46,472 nt of DNA from an uncultured Bacteroidota bacterium (GCA_903889265.1 CAISWS010000403.1:1-46472); one strand, 5' to 3'; shown: positions 27,557 to 37,594, numbered from the stretch's first letter. Numbers and translations are program-made. The notes: generated by a model from the letters alone, not told the origin.

Positions 27557-28690
27557 TTATAGCCAAAGGTTAACCACCGATGCATCGGCCTCCGGTTGTT
27601 TTACAATCGTTTCGCCGTCTTTTACCAGCACAAAATGCATATCAGAACCAAGGTCCCAAAACTGGCCGTGCAGAAAAGTAATGATGCCATTTTTCAAGCC
27701 CGCTTCTTTCATGCGTCCGGGTAAAGCATAACGCACCCAACCTTCCAGGATGGTAATTTTTCCAATATCGCTTTTATCAATATCAGCAGGGTTATCAAAA
27801 CCACTGTAACCAGGCCATGGATTTTTAAAGGCACCGTTGCCCTCTACATAGGATGGTACAATCACAAAATCCACATGCCGGGCAGAAGCGTTTTTATAGC
27901 ATTCGGGGTACCAGCTATCCGCGCAAATAAGCACCGCCATTTTTCCTGCCGGGGTATTGTAAACCGGAATACCCGCAGCGTCCGCCTTGCAGGTAAATAC
28001 CAGTTCATCAGCTATAGGAAATGCCTTTTTAATAATTTTTTCATCAGCTTTTCCATCCGGCCTGTACACTACGCTTACATTATACAAAATGCCATCATGC
28101 ACTGTTAAGGAACCATCCTTTATTTCAGGTTCCGGCAACACAATGGAACCCGCCACAATCGTTACACTATATTGCTTTGCCAACACACTGAAGGCCTCAT
28201 TATAAACAGAGGCCATTCTCTTAGCTTTCATCCGGAAAAGAGCGGACGCAGATTTATCAGTCGTTTTTGCACTAAGATAATCGGGCAGAAAAGAAAAAAG
28301 GTTGGACAAAACCATGGTGCGCATAGCCGCATCAACCGTTTTTGCATCAAACACTGCTTTTTTTTCACCGGCTATAACCAGCCATGTGCCCAGGTACTCG
28401 GGAAAAGAAACTACAGTGTTTTTATTTAGCCACCCCTTTGATTGTGCCTGTTTAAGATATGCATCAAGGGTTTTATAAAAGCTCTGCTCAGAAGCATAAT
28501 CACCGGGAAGCATATAAGGTTGAATGCTTACAATATTACCCCGGCCCGAATCAGTGCCGAACTGTTGCATATCTACTTTGCCGTTATAACCTTGTCCGGC
28601 AGTACTTACCCTGTCCGTGAGTGCCCATGTAAAATAAAGTACAGTGGCCAGGGTAATCGCTGTAATAAAATAATAAATTTTACGCTTCAT
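27557..28690 (-). CDS. membrane-anchored carbon-nitrogen hydrolase (nitrilase superfamily) protein
   Basis: N-terminal TM helix YYFITAITLATVLYFTWAL. Candidate E-K-C triad contexts are VVSFPEYLG, IIKKAFP and MAVLICADSWYPE. Confidence 0.7.
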   Translation of the reverse strand: MKRKIYYFITAITLATVLYFTWALTDRVSTAGQGYNGKVDMQQFGTDSGRGNIVSIQPYMLPGDYASEQSFYKTLDAYLKQAQSKGWLNKNTVVSFPEYLGTWLVIAGEKKAVFDAKTVDAAMRTMVLSNLFSFLPDYLSAKTTDKSASALFRMKAKRMASVYNEAFSVLAKQYSVTIVAGSIVLPEPEIKDGSLTVHDGILYNVSVVYRPDGKADEKIIKKAFPIADELVFTCKADAAGIPVYNTPAGKMAVLICADSWYPECYKNASARHVDFVIVPSYVEGNGAFKNPWPGYSGFDNPADIDKSDIGKITILEGWVRYALPGRMKEAGLKNGIITFLHGQFWDLGSDMHFVLVKDGETIVKQPEADASVVNLWL

Positions 28691-28740
28691 TCTGGTCTTC
28701 AGTAATTATTCATTATTGTATTTAACAGTGGAGGGGGCTT

Positions 28741-29319
28741 CTACTTCACTAAACGCATAAAAACACTGGCTCCCTTGCTCATTTCAAGTTCAACCAGCAG
28801 GCCGTTTTTGTACCGGTAAATATTATCTACACCATTATCCAGCTTACATTCGTAAACACCGTTACCTTCCGGATTAAAATTCCAATACCGGCCCAGTCGC
28901 TCTGAAAAAATAGTTGCCCGGCCCTTAGGTTCAAAAAAATACAACATGATGTTTGAAAAATCTACAGCTTGTTTCAGCACTAAAGTTTCTTCCCCTCTTT
29001 TAATTACATATTTCGCTCCGTCCCATAAAACCGTGGCCACTTCGGTTACATCATCCTTAACGTTTTTCACATACGAGGAAACCAGCTGGCCGTTTTTATA
29101 GATAACATCCATATTCAGCGCCGAAGTTTTCTTTGTAAATAGGATACTAACGGCAGAGTTACTGGCCAGTTTAAATTCAACTTCTCCGTTACCTTTGTCA
29201 ATGCGCTCTACAACGGTACTGCCTATTTTTTTTCCAAAAAGTTCAACATCATAAATATGCTTTTGCGCACTTAGCACCAGTGGAAGGAGGAATAAAAAAA
29301 CAAGCGCAAACTGTCTCAA
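28741..29319 (-). CDS. secreted hypothetical protein (beta-rich, unknown family)
   Basis: 192 aa with signal peptide MRQFALVFLFLLPLVLSAQ. No motif was recognised with confidence. Confidence 0.6.
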   Translation of the reverse strand: MRQFALVFLFLLPLVLSAQKHIYDVELFGKKIGSTVVERIDKGNGEVEFKLASNSAVSILFTKKTSALNMDVIYKNGQLVSSYVKNVKDDVTEVATVLWDGAKYVIKRGEETLVLKQAVDFSNIMLYFFEPKGRATIFSERLGRYWNFNPEGNGVYECKLDNGVDNIYRYKNGLLVELEMSKGASVFMRLVK

Positions 29320-29467
29320 AGGGCCCCGTTATTTGTTACTATGAAAATAGAAATAAAATCACAGAAACAGAAGTTAGATATCAGAAGCAGCATATGAGAT
29401 ATAAGACTTGAGGACAGGCATAACAGAATCTGTCGGACAACAGGTCTTGGTTCCTTATTCCCGGTTC

Positions 29468-30643
29468 TTAAATCTCCTGAACAATTACCTTTACTTTTTT
29501 AGCATTAGCAATGGCAATGTGTTTAATTGTGTCAACATCGCTGCCAACCGGGCCCCAGGCCAAAGTTACACCCATGCGACGGTATGGCCGGGTGGTGGGC
29601 TTTCCAAATATGCGTATGTCCGTTTGTTTTTCAGACATAGCATCTTCCAAACCGGTATAGTCAGGAGACTTTCCTTCATTATCAGCTAATATCACGGCAC
29701 TCGCTCCCGCTCTTATCAGTTCAATTTCAGGTATAGGTAATCCCAATACTGCACGTGCGTGTAGTTCAAATTCCGAAAAAGTCTGGGTGCCAGCCAATGT
29801 AACCATACCGGTATCATGCGGCCGGGGAGATAACTCACTGAAATAAACACCGTCATCAGCCAGAAAAAATTCCACGCCCCATATACCTGCGCCGGTTAAT
29901 GCTTTGGTCACTCTATCTGCTATTAGTATAGCTTCCTGATGGTAGGCATGGCTCATGGCACAGGGCTGCCAGCTTTCCTGGTAATCGCCCCTCTCCTGCC
30001 GGTGGCCAATGGGCGGACAAAAAAGTGTTGGTCCGTTTTTTTGAGTAACCGTAAGCAAGGTTATTTCGGTATGAAATTTTACAAAGGCTTCAACAATTAC
30101 CTCTGCAATGTCGCCACGCTTACCGCTTTGCGAATAATTCCAGGCCTTTTCAATATCTCCATCGTTTTTTATAGTAGACTGGCCTTTGCCTGATGAACTC
30201 ATCAACGGCTTCACTACACAAGGGATACCCACCTCTCCTACAGCGGCCTTTAACTCTTCGTACGAAGTTGCATATCGGTAATTGGCAGTTTTTAAGCCAA
30301 GTTCTTTTGCGGCCAGGTCGCGTATTTCTTTGCGGTTCATAGTAAAGTTTGCAGCCCGCGCTGACGGCACCACCTGTATCCCCTGCTTTTCGTAATCATA
30401 AAACCGCTCAGTACGAATAGCTTCTATTTCGGGCACAATAATATCCGGCTGATGCCTGGCTACAATGCCATCCAATGCTGTTCCATCCAGCATATTTATT
30501 ACTTCGCGCTCATCTGCTACCTGCTGTGCCGGTGCATCGTTGTACGAATCAACAGCCACTACATAATGGCCTAACCTCTTGATGGCTATTACAAACTCCT
30601 TTCCAAGTTCGCCGCTGCCAAGCAGCATAATTTTTTTGGGCAT
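29468..30643 (-). CDS. purT: formate-dependent phosphoribosylglycinamide formyltransferase (GAR transformylase 2)
   Basis: 391-aa ATP-grasp protein. [36 protein letters not shown] and C-terminal RRMGVTLA are collinear with PurT. Confidence 0.9.
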   Translation of the reverse strand: MPKKIMLLGSGELGKEFVIAIKRLGHYVVAVDSYNDAPAQQVADEREVINMLDGTALDGIVARHQPDIIVPEIEAIRTERFYDYEKQGIQVVPSARAANFTMNRKEIRDLAAKELGLKTANYRYATSYEELKAAVGEVGIPCVVKPLMSSSGKGQSTIKNDGDIEKAWNYSQSGKRGDIAEVIVEAFVKFHTEITLLTVTQKNGPTLFCPPIGHRQERGDYQESWQPCAMSHAYHQEAILIADRVTKALTGAGIWGVEFFLADDGVYFSELSPRPHDTGMVTLAGTQTFSEFELHARAVLGLPIPEIELIRAGASAVILADNEGKSPDYTGLEDAMSEKQTDIRIFGKPTTRPYRRMGVTLAWGPVGSDVDTIKHIAIANAKKVKVIVQEI

Positions 30644-30684
30644 AGCATTTTTTATTAGGTGCTTATGAAGGAAAGCTGACGGTA

Positions 30685-31263
30685 TTATTTGGCTCCGGCC
30701 GGCGGCGTTTTAGTGGCCAGCCAGCTTGGAACGGTAATACGGATATTGGTCATATGCCCTTTCAGGTTTACATCTTTCTTATTGTCTGAAGGATAACCCC
30801 AACTCCGCATCTGACAATCGAAATCGGCAGAAAGGTGGAAATGCTTGTGGTCGGCCTCCCAAACAAACTGGGTAATTTTTATTTTGCTTGATTCCTTCAC
30901 CATCGAATAATCTGTGGAGTTATACTGCAACGCCACAGAGAATATATCGGGCGTCCCGGTTTTAGAATCTTCATAACTCATTTCAAAAGCAACGCTTTCC
31001 GTAAAAGGGGTTTTATCGGGCTTATCATAAGTGGCTCCGTTAAAGGTTGTACTGATAACGGTCCTCGAGGGTGTTCGTCCATCCATGCTGGCAGATTTAC
31101 TAACCAGGATTCCCCGGAACAACTGGTCATCCTTTAATTTAAACATTTTGCCATCTGCTGTGGCGTAAAAAGAACCTTTATCCTTCTGCTGGTCATCCTC
31201 TGCGGTCCGGAAACACAAACCGGTAATGCCTAATAATAAAACGATTAATATGGGCTGTTTCAT
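30685..31263 (-). CDS. secreted hypothetical protein, member 1 of a tandem paralog pair
   Basis: ATG at 31263 gives the signal [18 protein letters not shown]; the ORF track starts at 31353. The C-terminal half aligns with the next gene ([39 protein letters not shown]). Confidence 0.65.
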   Translation of the reverse strand: MKQPILIVLLLGITGLCFRTAEDDQQKDKGSFYATADGKMFKLKDDQLFRGILVSKSASMDGRTPSRTVISTTFNGATYDKPDKTPFTESVAFEMSYEDSKTGTPDIFSVALQYNSTDYSMVKESSKIKITQFVWEADHKHFHLSADFDCQMRSWGYPSDNKKDVNLKGHMTNIRITVPSWLATKTPPAGAK

Positions 31264-31391
31264 ATAAGCCGCAATATAATCAAAAACCGTATTTGAATAT
31301 TGAGCGGTGTTGATAAAAAAAGAAAGCCGCCATGCATTACACATAGCGACCATCGTTCCGCAGATGACCCTTCGGCCACCTTTATCTTTAA

Positions 31392-32024
31392 TTATTTATC
31401 ATCGCCATCGGCATTTGCCTGCGGCACCGCATTTTTAAGCATAATCCATGAAGGAACGCTGATAACAATGTCTTCCATTTTGCCCTTTACCCTCAGCGTT
31501 TGAGAAGCCTGTGCGGGTGAACCCCAGCTTTTCATTTTAGTATCGAAATCCGCGCTCAGTGTGAAGGACCTTTTGTCTGAACTCCACTCAATTTTATTCA
31601 CTGTAATTTTAGTTTCGGCTGGTATGCTTACAAATTTTTGGTTGTTATAGCTAAGTATCATCTTCTGGTCAGCTGCTTCTCCCAGGGCCCCTTCGTTAAA
31701 AGTGTATTCAAATCCAAGGCTTTCTGTAAAAGTGTTATCGTCGTCATCTTTAAAATCGCTGCCATAAAAATTAACCATGGTTGCCACCCGGGTAAGTTTA
31801 CCACCATTGGCTGAGGCAATTAAGTTATTTGATTCAGCCGATTTGTTCATTAGTTCAGCCGTGTATTTATTATCCTCACGTGCCTGAAAAGATTTACCAT
31901 CTATAATGGCAGTTAAATAACCATCGTTTTTAAACTGCTCAACATGGGCGTTGCGCTTTAATTTAAATGAACTACCTGCAACAATGATTGAAAGCAGGAA
32001 GAAAAGAGTTAAGAAACGTTTCAT
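31392..32024 (-). CDS. secreted hypothetical protein, member 2 of a tandem paralog pair
   Basis: 210 aa with signal MKRFLTLFFLLSIIVAGSS. Motifs: FTESLGFE, SFTLSADFDTKMKSWG, VKGKMEDIVISVPSW. Confidence 0.65.
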   Translation of the reverse strand: MKRFLTLFFLLSIIVAGSSFKLKRNAHVEQFKNDGYLTAIIDGKSFQAREDNKYTAELMNKSAESNNLIASANGGKLTRVATMVNFYGSDFKDDDDNTFTESLGFEYTFNEGALGEAADQKMILSYNNQKFVSIPAETKITVNKIEWSSDKRSFTLSADFDTKMKSWGSPAQASQTLRVKGKMEDIVISVPSWIMLKNAVPQANADGDDK

Positions 32025-32144
32025 AGCATTAAGTTTTAGGTGATAGAACTCGCCTGTTAACTAACTATACGGCATCATTGTTAAAAGGTTACAACACCTG
32101 AAAAAAAATTAAAATAACGCTCACTACTACCATTTTGTGATTGG

Positions 32145-32253
32145 GCCTCTTCGGAAAATCCAGAAAATGCATTTAATCATTTTGTATTACCGGTTGTTCA
32201 CTCTGTATTTTCTCCGCGCAATACCTGTATTTTGGGTATTTTCCGAAGAAGGC
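32145..32253. repeat. long-range inverted repeat (15/16-nt arms, ~78-nt spacer) in an intergenic region
   Basis: GCCTCTTCGGAAAAT (32145-32159) against ATTTTCCGAAGAAGGC (32238-32253), with a 1-nt bulge. The interior has further partial complementarity (AGAAAAT / ATTTTGG) and direct repeats TCATTTTGT x2 and CTGTATTTT x2. Confidence 0.6.
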
Positions 32254-32350
32254 AATTAGTAGAATAGCGGCTCGCGGTTGGTATAAATATCAATCTGAGC
32301 AGGAATTGAAGACGGGACTCAACTTTTGCAAACAACAATTAAAAGCACAG

Positions 32351-35300
32351 CTACCTTATTTTCAGTACAGGTAACCCCGCTGCCTCCAGTTCGCGGTTAA
32401 TATTACCAAATTCAGCATTTACAAGTTCCCATTTCATGCCAAACCGGTCAAAACGCGTATGCAACCCATCCACTGCTTTTACAAGTTGCTCGTTAGGCGC
32501 AACATCCGCAGCCTGAAGCATATTAAACAGCGATTGGTCCGCTTCGCTTATACCATCTAAACTTTCATCTTTACTACCGGCAGGTGTGCTTTGTAAACCA
32601 TTTAACCTTACAATCATTTCATTTAACCGGGTTTTCATGGTGTCATTTACTTTGGGCAACAATTGATTAATCTGGCGCTGCAAAGATTTTAAAGCATCTG
32701 AACCGCCCTTAATTAATTTTTTTTGCTCATAACAAACCATGGATAAATCGTATTGCTGTTTTAAATCCTCCTTTGAGATTTTTACCCTGGGGTCCATAAC
32801 CAAATAAAAGGCCTGTACCTCCTCGGCATTGCCCGCTCTCAATCTGACGGTATAAATGCCTGGCACCATCAACGGCGAGGTAGGTTCAGGTGCTGTATTC
32901 TGGTAAACCGCTGAAATTGGATAAACCGGAGGCTCGTTTATAGGTTGATAATGCAAATCCCATACAAACCGGTGCGCCCCTGGCTCGTTTGAAAGTATTT
33001 GCTGAGGCCGTATCCAGTATAAAGGAATATTTACATCCGGAATTTTATACAGCGTATCGTAATTATTAAAATGCCTTATCAGCCTTCCATCCGAATCAAA
33101 AATATCAAGCGCTACCATGTTGGCTTTATCCTTCAGGTAATAATCAATCACCGCCCCATCAGGTGGGTTCTGCCCGATTGGTTCATCGGGAGGAAGTGGC
33201 GTGTCGGGGTTCATGTTCCACCTAACCCGGTAAGCAGGTGCGGGGCCATATAAAATAACAGCCTTCTTCATTAATTCAGCATTCAGTTGCCGCAGCGGGG
33301 AAATATCATCCAGTATCCAAAACGAGCGGCCATGAGTTGCCACCACTACGTCGTTATCTTTTATTACTAAATCGCGGATAGAAGTTGCAGGCATATTTAA
33401 CCGCAGCGATTGCCAGTGTCCGCCTTCATCCACCGAGAAATAAACTGCCCTTTCTGAACCGGCAAATAAAAGCCCTTTACGTATGGCATCTTCACGCACC
33501 ACATTAATAGGGTCATCGGGCAAACCGCTAACAATTTCATGCCATGTCTTTCCGCCATCATTGGTTTTAAAAATATGCGGGTGCATATCATCACAGCGTA
33601 TCCGGTTAACCGCAACATAAACTGTATTTGGGTCAGTATGACTGGCATCTATCATAGAGATTTTACTCCACGATGTAATTTGGGGTGGGGTTACATTACT
33701 CCAGGTTTGGCCGCCATTGCGCGTAACCTGTATCAGGCCGTCGTCTGTCCCAGCCCATATAATGTTACTGTCAACCGGTGAGGGGGCTATGGTATAAATA
33801 ACCCCGCGCCGTGGCATGGTTTTCATATCCTCAGTTTTATAAACCCCTACACTGGCGGGGATGTCGTACTGAGTACGGGTAAGGTCAGGGCTGATTACAG
33901 ACCACGAATGTCCGCCATCATAAGTTTTAAAAAGCACATTACCTGCATAAAACATTACATGAGGATTGACCGGCGAAAAAACAACCGGCGCAGTACGGAC
34001 GAACCGGTACTCACCTTTATTATCCGGCACCGGCGTAATATCCTGTACCTGCCCGGTGCGTTTGTTATATCGCGATAGTTTACCGCCATAAATAATGTTA
34101 GGGTCCAGAGGATCGGCCACCACATAGCCCCACTCCTCCGCCCCAACCGGGTGCCAATCGCGAAAGGTGATAGCCCCATCATTTCCGCGCGAAGCAATAC
34201 CTACCGAACCACTTTCCTGTTGAGCACCATACACGTTGTAAGGAAATACATTATCCGCACTAACATGATATAATTGCGCAGTGGGCTGATTGTACCACGA
34301 GCTCCACGTTTGACCGCCATTTACAGTAACAACAGCTCCCTGGTCACCCGCCAAAAGCATAATATCTGTATTGTCCGGATTTATCCATAACCGGTGGTAG
34401 TCATCGCCGCCCGGTGCGCCTTTAATACCTGCCCAGGTCTTACCGCCGTTAATCGATTTCCACACCACTACATTTACCGCGTAAACCACCTCTGCATTTT
34501 TGGGGTCGGCTTTTATCTCCGCAAAATCGTCACCCCGGTCCCATAATCTTTTATCACCGCTAAGTTTGGTCCAGCTTTCACCGGCATCATCACTACGGTA
34601 AACGCCCCCGTATCCGGCATCAGCGTTAACCGTTGCGTATAAAATATTATGATTGCTTGCTGCAACGCAAAACCCAATACGGCTCAACCCTTGTTTGTAA
34701 GTTGGCAAACCCGTAGCAATTGGTTTCCAGGTATTACCACCATCCCCCGATTTATATAACCCGCTTTTAGGGCCCTGCCATTTTCCGTTTTCCCAAGGCG
34801 CTTGCCTTGCAGCCCATAAATCAGCATAAACCACCTGCGGATTGACCGGGTCAATTTCAACCTGCACGGCACCCGAGTTTTCGTCAAAATACAAAACCTT
34901 CTTCCAGGTTTTCCCCCCGTCCATTGTTCTGAAAACGCCACGTTGTTCATTCGGCCCGTAAGGATGTCCCAGCACCGCAGCAAAGACCCGGTTTTCATTT
35001 TTTTCATCAATACATAAACCACCTATTTGTTGCGCTTCGCTAAGCCCTGTGTTATGCCAGGATTTTCCGCCATCGTCCGAGCGATAAACCCCATTGCCCA
35101 CCGAAAGGTCGGGCCGCTGAAGGCCTTCGCCACTGGCGGCATAAATTACATTGGGGTTTGAGGGAGCTACGGCAACATCACCTGTTGAACCGGTGGGCTG
35201 GCTGTCAAAAACGGGGTTCCAGGTGCGGCCAAAATCATTGGTTTTCCAAACGCCGCCATTGTTTACGCCGATATAAAAAATGTTGGGTTGTTTAACTATG

Positions 35301-35464
35301 CCACTGGCACCCACGGTTCTGCCACCCCGGTAAGGGCCAATCATCCGCCACTTTAAATTGTTGTAATAGGTGCTGTCGAATGATTGGGCAAAAATTCCAT
35401 TATGGAATAAGAAAAACCCAAATAGCAATAGTGCACTGCATTTTACTATACTGAACATCTTCAT
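32351..35464 (-). CDS. BNR/Asp-box repeat protein, sortilin-VPS10 / glycosyl-hydrolase-like
   Basis: 1037 aa with a signal peptide. At least ten SxDxGxTW-like Asp-boxes (SDDGGKSWHN, TMDGGKTWKK, SGDGGNTWKP, SDDAGESWTK, SINGGKTWAG, TVNGGQTWSS, TYDGGHSWSV, TRNGGQTWSN, TNDGGKTWHE, VDEGGHWQS). Helical C-terminal tail. Confidence 0.8.
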   Translation of the reverse strand: MKMFSIVKCSALLLFGFFLFHNGIFAQSFDSTYYNNLKWRMIGPYRGGRTVGASGIVKQPNIFYIGVNNGGVWKTNDFGRTWNPVFDSQPTGSTGDVAVAPSNPNVIYAASGEGLQRPDLSVGNGVYRSDDGGKSWHNTGLSEAQQIGGLCIDEKNENRVFAAVLGHPYGPNEQRGVFRTMDGGKTWKKVLYFDENSGAVQVEIDPVNPQVVYADLWAARQAPWENGKWQGPKSGLYKSGDGGNTWKPIATGLPTYKQGLSRIGFCVAASNHNILYATVNADAGYGGVYRSDDAGESWTKLSGDKRLWDRGDDFAEIKADPKNAEVVYAVNVVVWKSINGGKTWAGIKGAPGGDDYHRLWINPDNTDIMLLAGDQGAVVTVNGGQTWSSWYNQPTAQLYHVSADNVFPYNVYGAQQESGSVGIASRGNDGAITFRDWHPVGAEEWGYVVADPLDPNIIYGGKLSRYNKRTGQVQDITPVPDNKGEYRFVRTAPVVFSPVNPHVMFYAGNVLFKTYDGGHSWSVISPDLTRTQYDIPASVGVYKTEDMKTMPRRGVIYTIAPSPVDSNIIWAGTDDGLIQVTRNGGQTWSNVTPPQITSWSKISMIDASHTDPNTVYVAVNRIRCDDMHPHIFKTNDGGKTWHEIVSGLPDDPINVVREDAIRKGLLFAGSERAVYFSVDEGGHWQSLRLNMPATSIRDLVIKDNDVVVATHGRSFWILDDISPLRQLNAELMKKAVILYGPAPAYRVRWNMNPDTPLPPDEPIGQNPPDGAVIDYYLKDKANMVALDIFDSDGRLIRHFNNYDTLYKIPDVNIPLYWIRPQQILSNEPGAHRFVWDLHYQPINEPPVYPISAVYQNTAPEPTSPLMVPGIYTVRLRAGNAEEVQAFYLVMDPRVKISKEDLKQQYDLSMVCYEQKKLIKGGSDALKSLQRQINQLLPKVNDTMKTRLNEMIVRLNGLQSTPAGSKDESLDGISEADQSLFNMLQAADVAPNEQLVKAVDGLHTRFDRFGMKWELVNAEFGNINRELEAAGLPVLKIR

Positions 35465-35520
35465 GGCTGAAAAGTAATAGAAAAGATTGGCTACTGAGTC
35501 ACGAACGCACAGTCATTTTA

Positions 35521-36546
35521 TTACCCCACATCATACCAAACCCTGGTCCCTTCGCTGCAATTAGTACAAATATCAATCTCCGCCCTGCCTTTAAGCACGC
35601 GGCTGCGGAATGAGCGGTACAAATCGCTTTGCCATATTTGCGCAAACGATTTGGTGTGAAGGTCGCCTAACTGATGTTGCGCGTCTTTATCAAAGCAACA
35701 GGGCACTATTTTGCCATCCCAGGTTATAACGCAGCTATGCCATAATTTCCAGCAATGGTTCAGCAACTCATTTTTGATTTGATATTCGCCCCTGCCGTTT
35801 TTTTTATATCTGGAATACTGCTCAATATCAGGCATCAGCGGGTTACCTTTTTTAAAATCATTTAGCTGCGCGGTTTTAAGCTTTACTTCATCAACACCCA
35901 GTTCCCTGGCAAGTTTTTTCACATCATCCAACTGGTGCTGATTAGGCCTTACCACTAAAAACTGAAAAATAATATGTGGTGTTTTTGATTTTAGTTCACG
36001 CCGCATCCCCACCAGGTTTTTAGTGCCTTCAATTACTTTTTCGAGGCTACCGCCCACCCGGTATTGTTCATAGGTTTCCTGAGTGGTACCATCAATTGAA
36101 ATGATAATACGGTCAAGGCCCGATTCTACCGTTTCCCTTGCCTTTCGCTCAGTTAAAAAATGGGCGTTGGTTGAGGTTACCGTGTAAATTTTTTTCCGCG
36201 CCGCATATTTTACCAGTTCCGGAAAACGCGGGTGCATATACGGTTCGCCCTGAAAATAGAAATACAGGTAAATCAGCTTCTCTCCTGTTTCATCTATCAG
36301 CCGTTTGTAAAAGTCGTAATCAAGGTTTCCTGTGGGCCGGGTAAAGGATTTCAAGCCACTTGGGCACTCCGGGCAACCCAGGTTACAACTGGTAGTAGGC
36401 TCAACCGAAACATTAAAAGGCATACCCCACTGCATAGGTTTGCCACTTTGCTTTGCCAGATAGTAAGAAGATAACACCATTGAGGCATTAGCTACTTTTG
36501 CCGGACTTAATTTCGATAAAAAATTGAAGGTGTCGTTTAGCTTCAC
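35521..36546 (-). CDS. radical SAM enzyme with C-terminal SPASM-type auxiliary cluster domain
   Basis: GTG start. CxxxCxxC (TSCNLGCPEC). C-terminal Cys-rich region HSCVITWDGKIVPCCFDKD...LGDL...IW...CTNC. Confidence 0.8.
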   Translation of the reverse strand: MKLNDTFNFLSKLSPAKVANASMVLSSYYLAKQSGKPMQWGMPFNVSVEPTTSCNLGCPECPSGLKSFTRPTGNLDYDFYKRLIDETGEKLIYLYFYFQGEPYMHPRFPELVKYAARKKIYTVTSTNAHFLTERKARETVESGLDRIIISIDGTTQETYEQYRVGGSLEKVIEGTKNLVGMRRELKSKTPHIIFQFLVVRPNQHQLDDVKKLARELGVDEVKLKTAQLNDFKKGNPLMPDIEQYSRYKKNGRGEYQIKNELLNHCWKLWHSCVITWDGKIVPCCFDKDAQHQLGDLHTKSFAQIWQSDLYRSFRSRVLKGRAEIDICTNCSEGTRVWYDVG

Positions 36547-36718
36547 TGAAAAACAAAGTTAAGCCAAACACCGGTGTAAACAGCGTTTAGTTTATCAGCA
36601 GGCAAGTAAATCTGAAATATTTCCAAAGCCTCTTCAGGGCAACCCTTGCCCGAAGAAACTCTCCATAGTGTGGGTTATACTAAAACTGTGTGTTAAACTC
36701 TTTTCTTTCGCCCTCCCG

Positions 36719-36749
36719 TTTTATCCCCCCAAGGGGTGGGGGGATAAAA
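36719..36749. terminator. perfect 12-bp hairpin TTTTATCCCCCC / GGGGGGATAAAA (possible terminator or insulator after the two-component genes)
   Basis: Arms at 36719-36730 and 36738-36749, loop AAGGGGT. Flanks TCTTTC / GAAAGA extend the pairing imperfectly. No canonical U-tract on either strand. Confidence 0.3.
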
Positions 36750-36934
36750 ACGAGAAAGACTAAAATATTCCTTAGTGTCAGCAAAGGAAAGCCTCATTGT
36801 AATTAAGTGATACGAAGGTCGGTAACTGAATGGTCCTGAACAATACCTACAAAGTGGTATTCGCTCAATTAAATGTATAGTGATCTATAAATCAACACAG
36901 CATGCGAAGAGCACAATCAACATAAAGATTTGAT

Positions 36935-37594
36935 TTACAGAAGCTTGTGCTTATGAACGAAATTTATAAGCTCAATTGTGTTATTTAAGTTCAGCTTTTC
37001 AAGAATGTTTTTCCTGTGCGTTTTAACAGTATGTTTACTTAAAAACAACTTCTTCGCTATATCCTCTGAGTTTAAACCCTGGGTAATCAGCTTAACTACC
37101 TCCAGCTCACGCTCCGAAATCTTTTGCTTTAACAAAAAAATATCGTCTTTATTGGTTTGCTCGTCAATTTCAGTTTTAATAACTGCCCCATCGCTTATAA
37201 ATGAGCCATTATTGCCTCTAGCCATAATCAGGCGCAGTTTTTTAGCCAGCTCAACCGACGATGTATATTTAAGCAACATGGCTGCCGCCCCGGCAGTCTT
37301 TATACGCTGGCGCATTTTATCATCATCATAGGTGGTAAGTGCCACTACCACAATATCAGGGTATTTCTCCCTTACCATAGCACAAGCTTTAAAGCCATCC
37401 ACAACCGGCATGTTTAAATCCATCAATACCAGGTGCGGCTGCATGGTGGTTAACATCTGCATCAGCTCCTCGCCGTTCGGGGCAATCCCCATCAGCTTAA
37501 AATCCTCCTGCTGTTCAAGCATTATGCCTATTCCTTCCGCCACAATAATCTGGTCGTCGGCAATAATAATCTGGGTGACTGATGAGGCTGACAT
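36935..37594 (-). CDS. response regulator, NarL/FixJ (LuxR HTH) family
   Basis: REC domain (IIIADDQ, LVLMDLNMP, VVALTTY) plus C-terminal HTH ISERELEVVKLITQGLNSEDIAKKLFLSKHTVKTHRKNILEKL. Confidence 0.9.
   Translation of the reverse strand: MSASSVTQIIIADDQIIVAEGIGIMLEQQEDFKLMGIAPNGEELMQMLTTMQPHLVLMDLNMPVVDGFKACAMVREKYPDIVVVALTTYDDDKMRQRIKTAGAAAMLLKYTSSVELAKKLRLIMARGNNGSFISDGAVIKTEIDEQTNKDDIFLLKQKISERELEVVKLITQGLNSEDIAKKLFLSKHTVKTHRKNILEKLNLNNTIELINFVHKHKLL

Noticed and set aside
36693-36797. 34-codon minus-strand ORF upstream of the radical SAM/SPASM gene, considered as a RiPP precursor peptide.
   Set aside because: It runs straight through the perfect 12-bp GC hairpin and has no Cys-rich or Gly-Gly leader features. 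It is ~150 nt from the enzyme gene. I cannot distinguish it from a chance ORF without comparative data. It is mentioned in the findings only as something to check.
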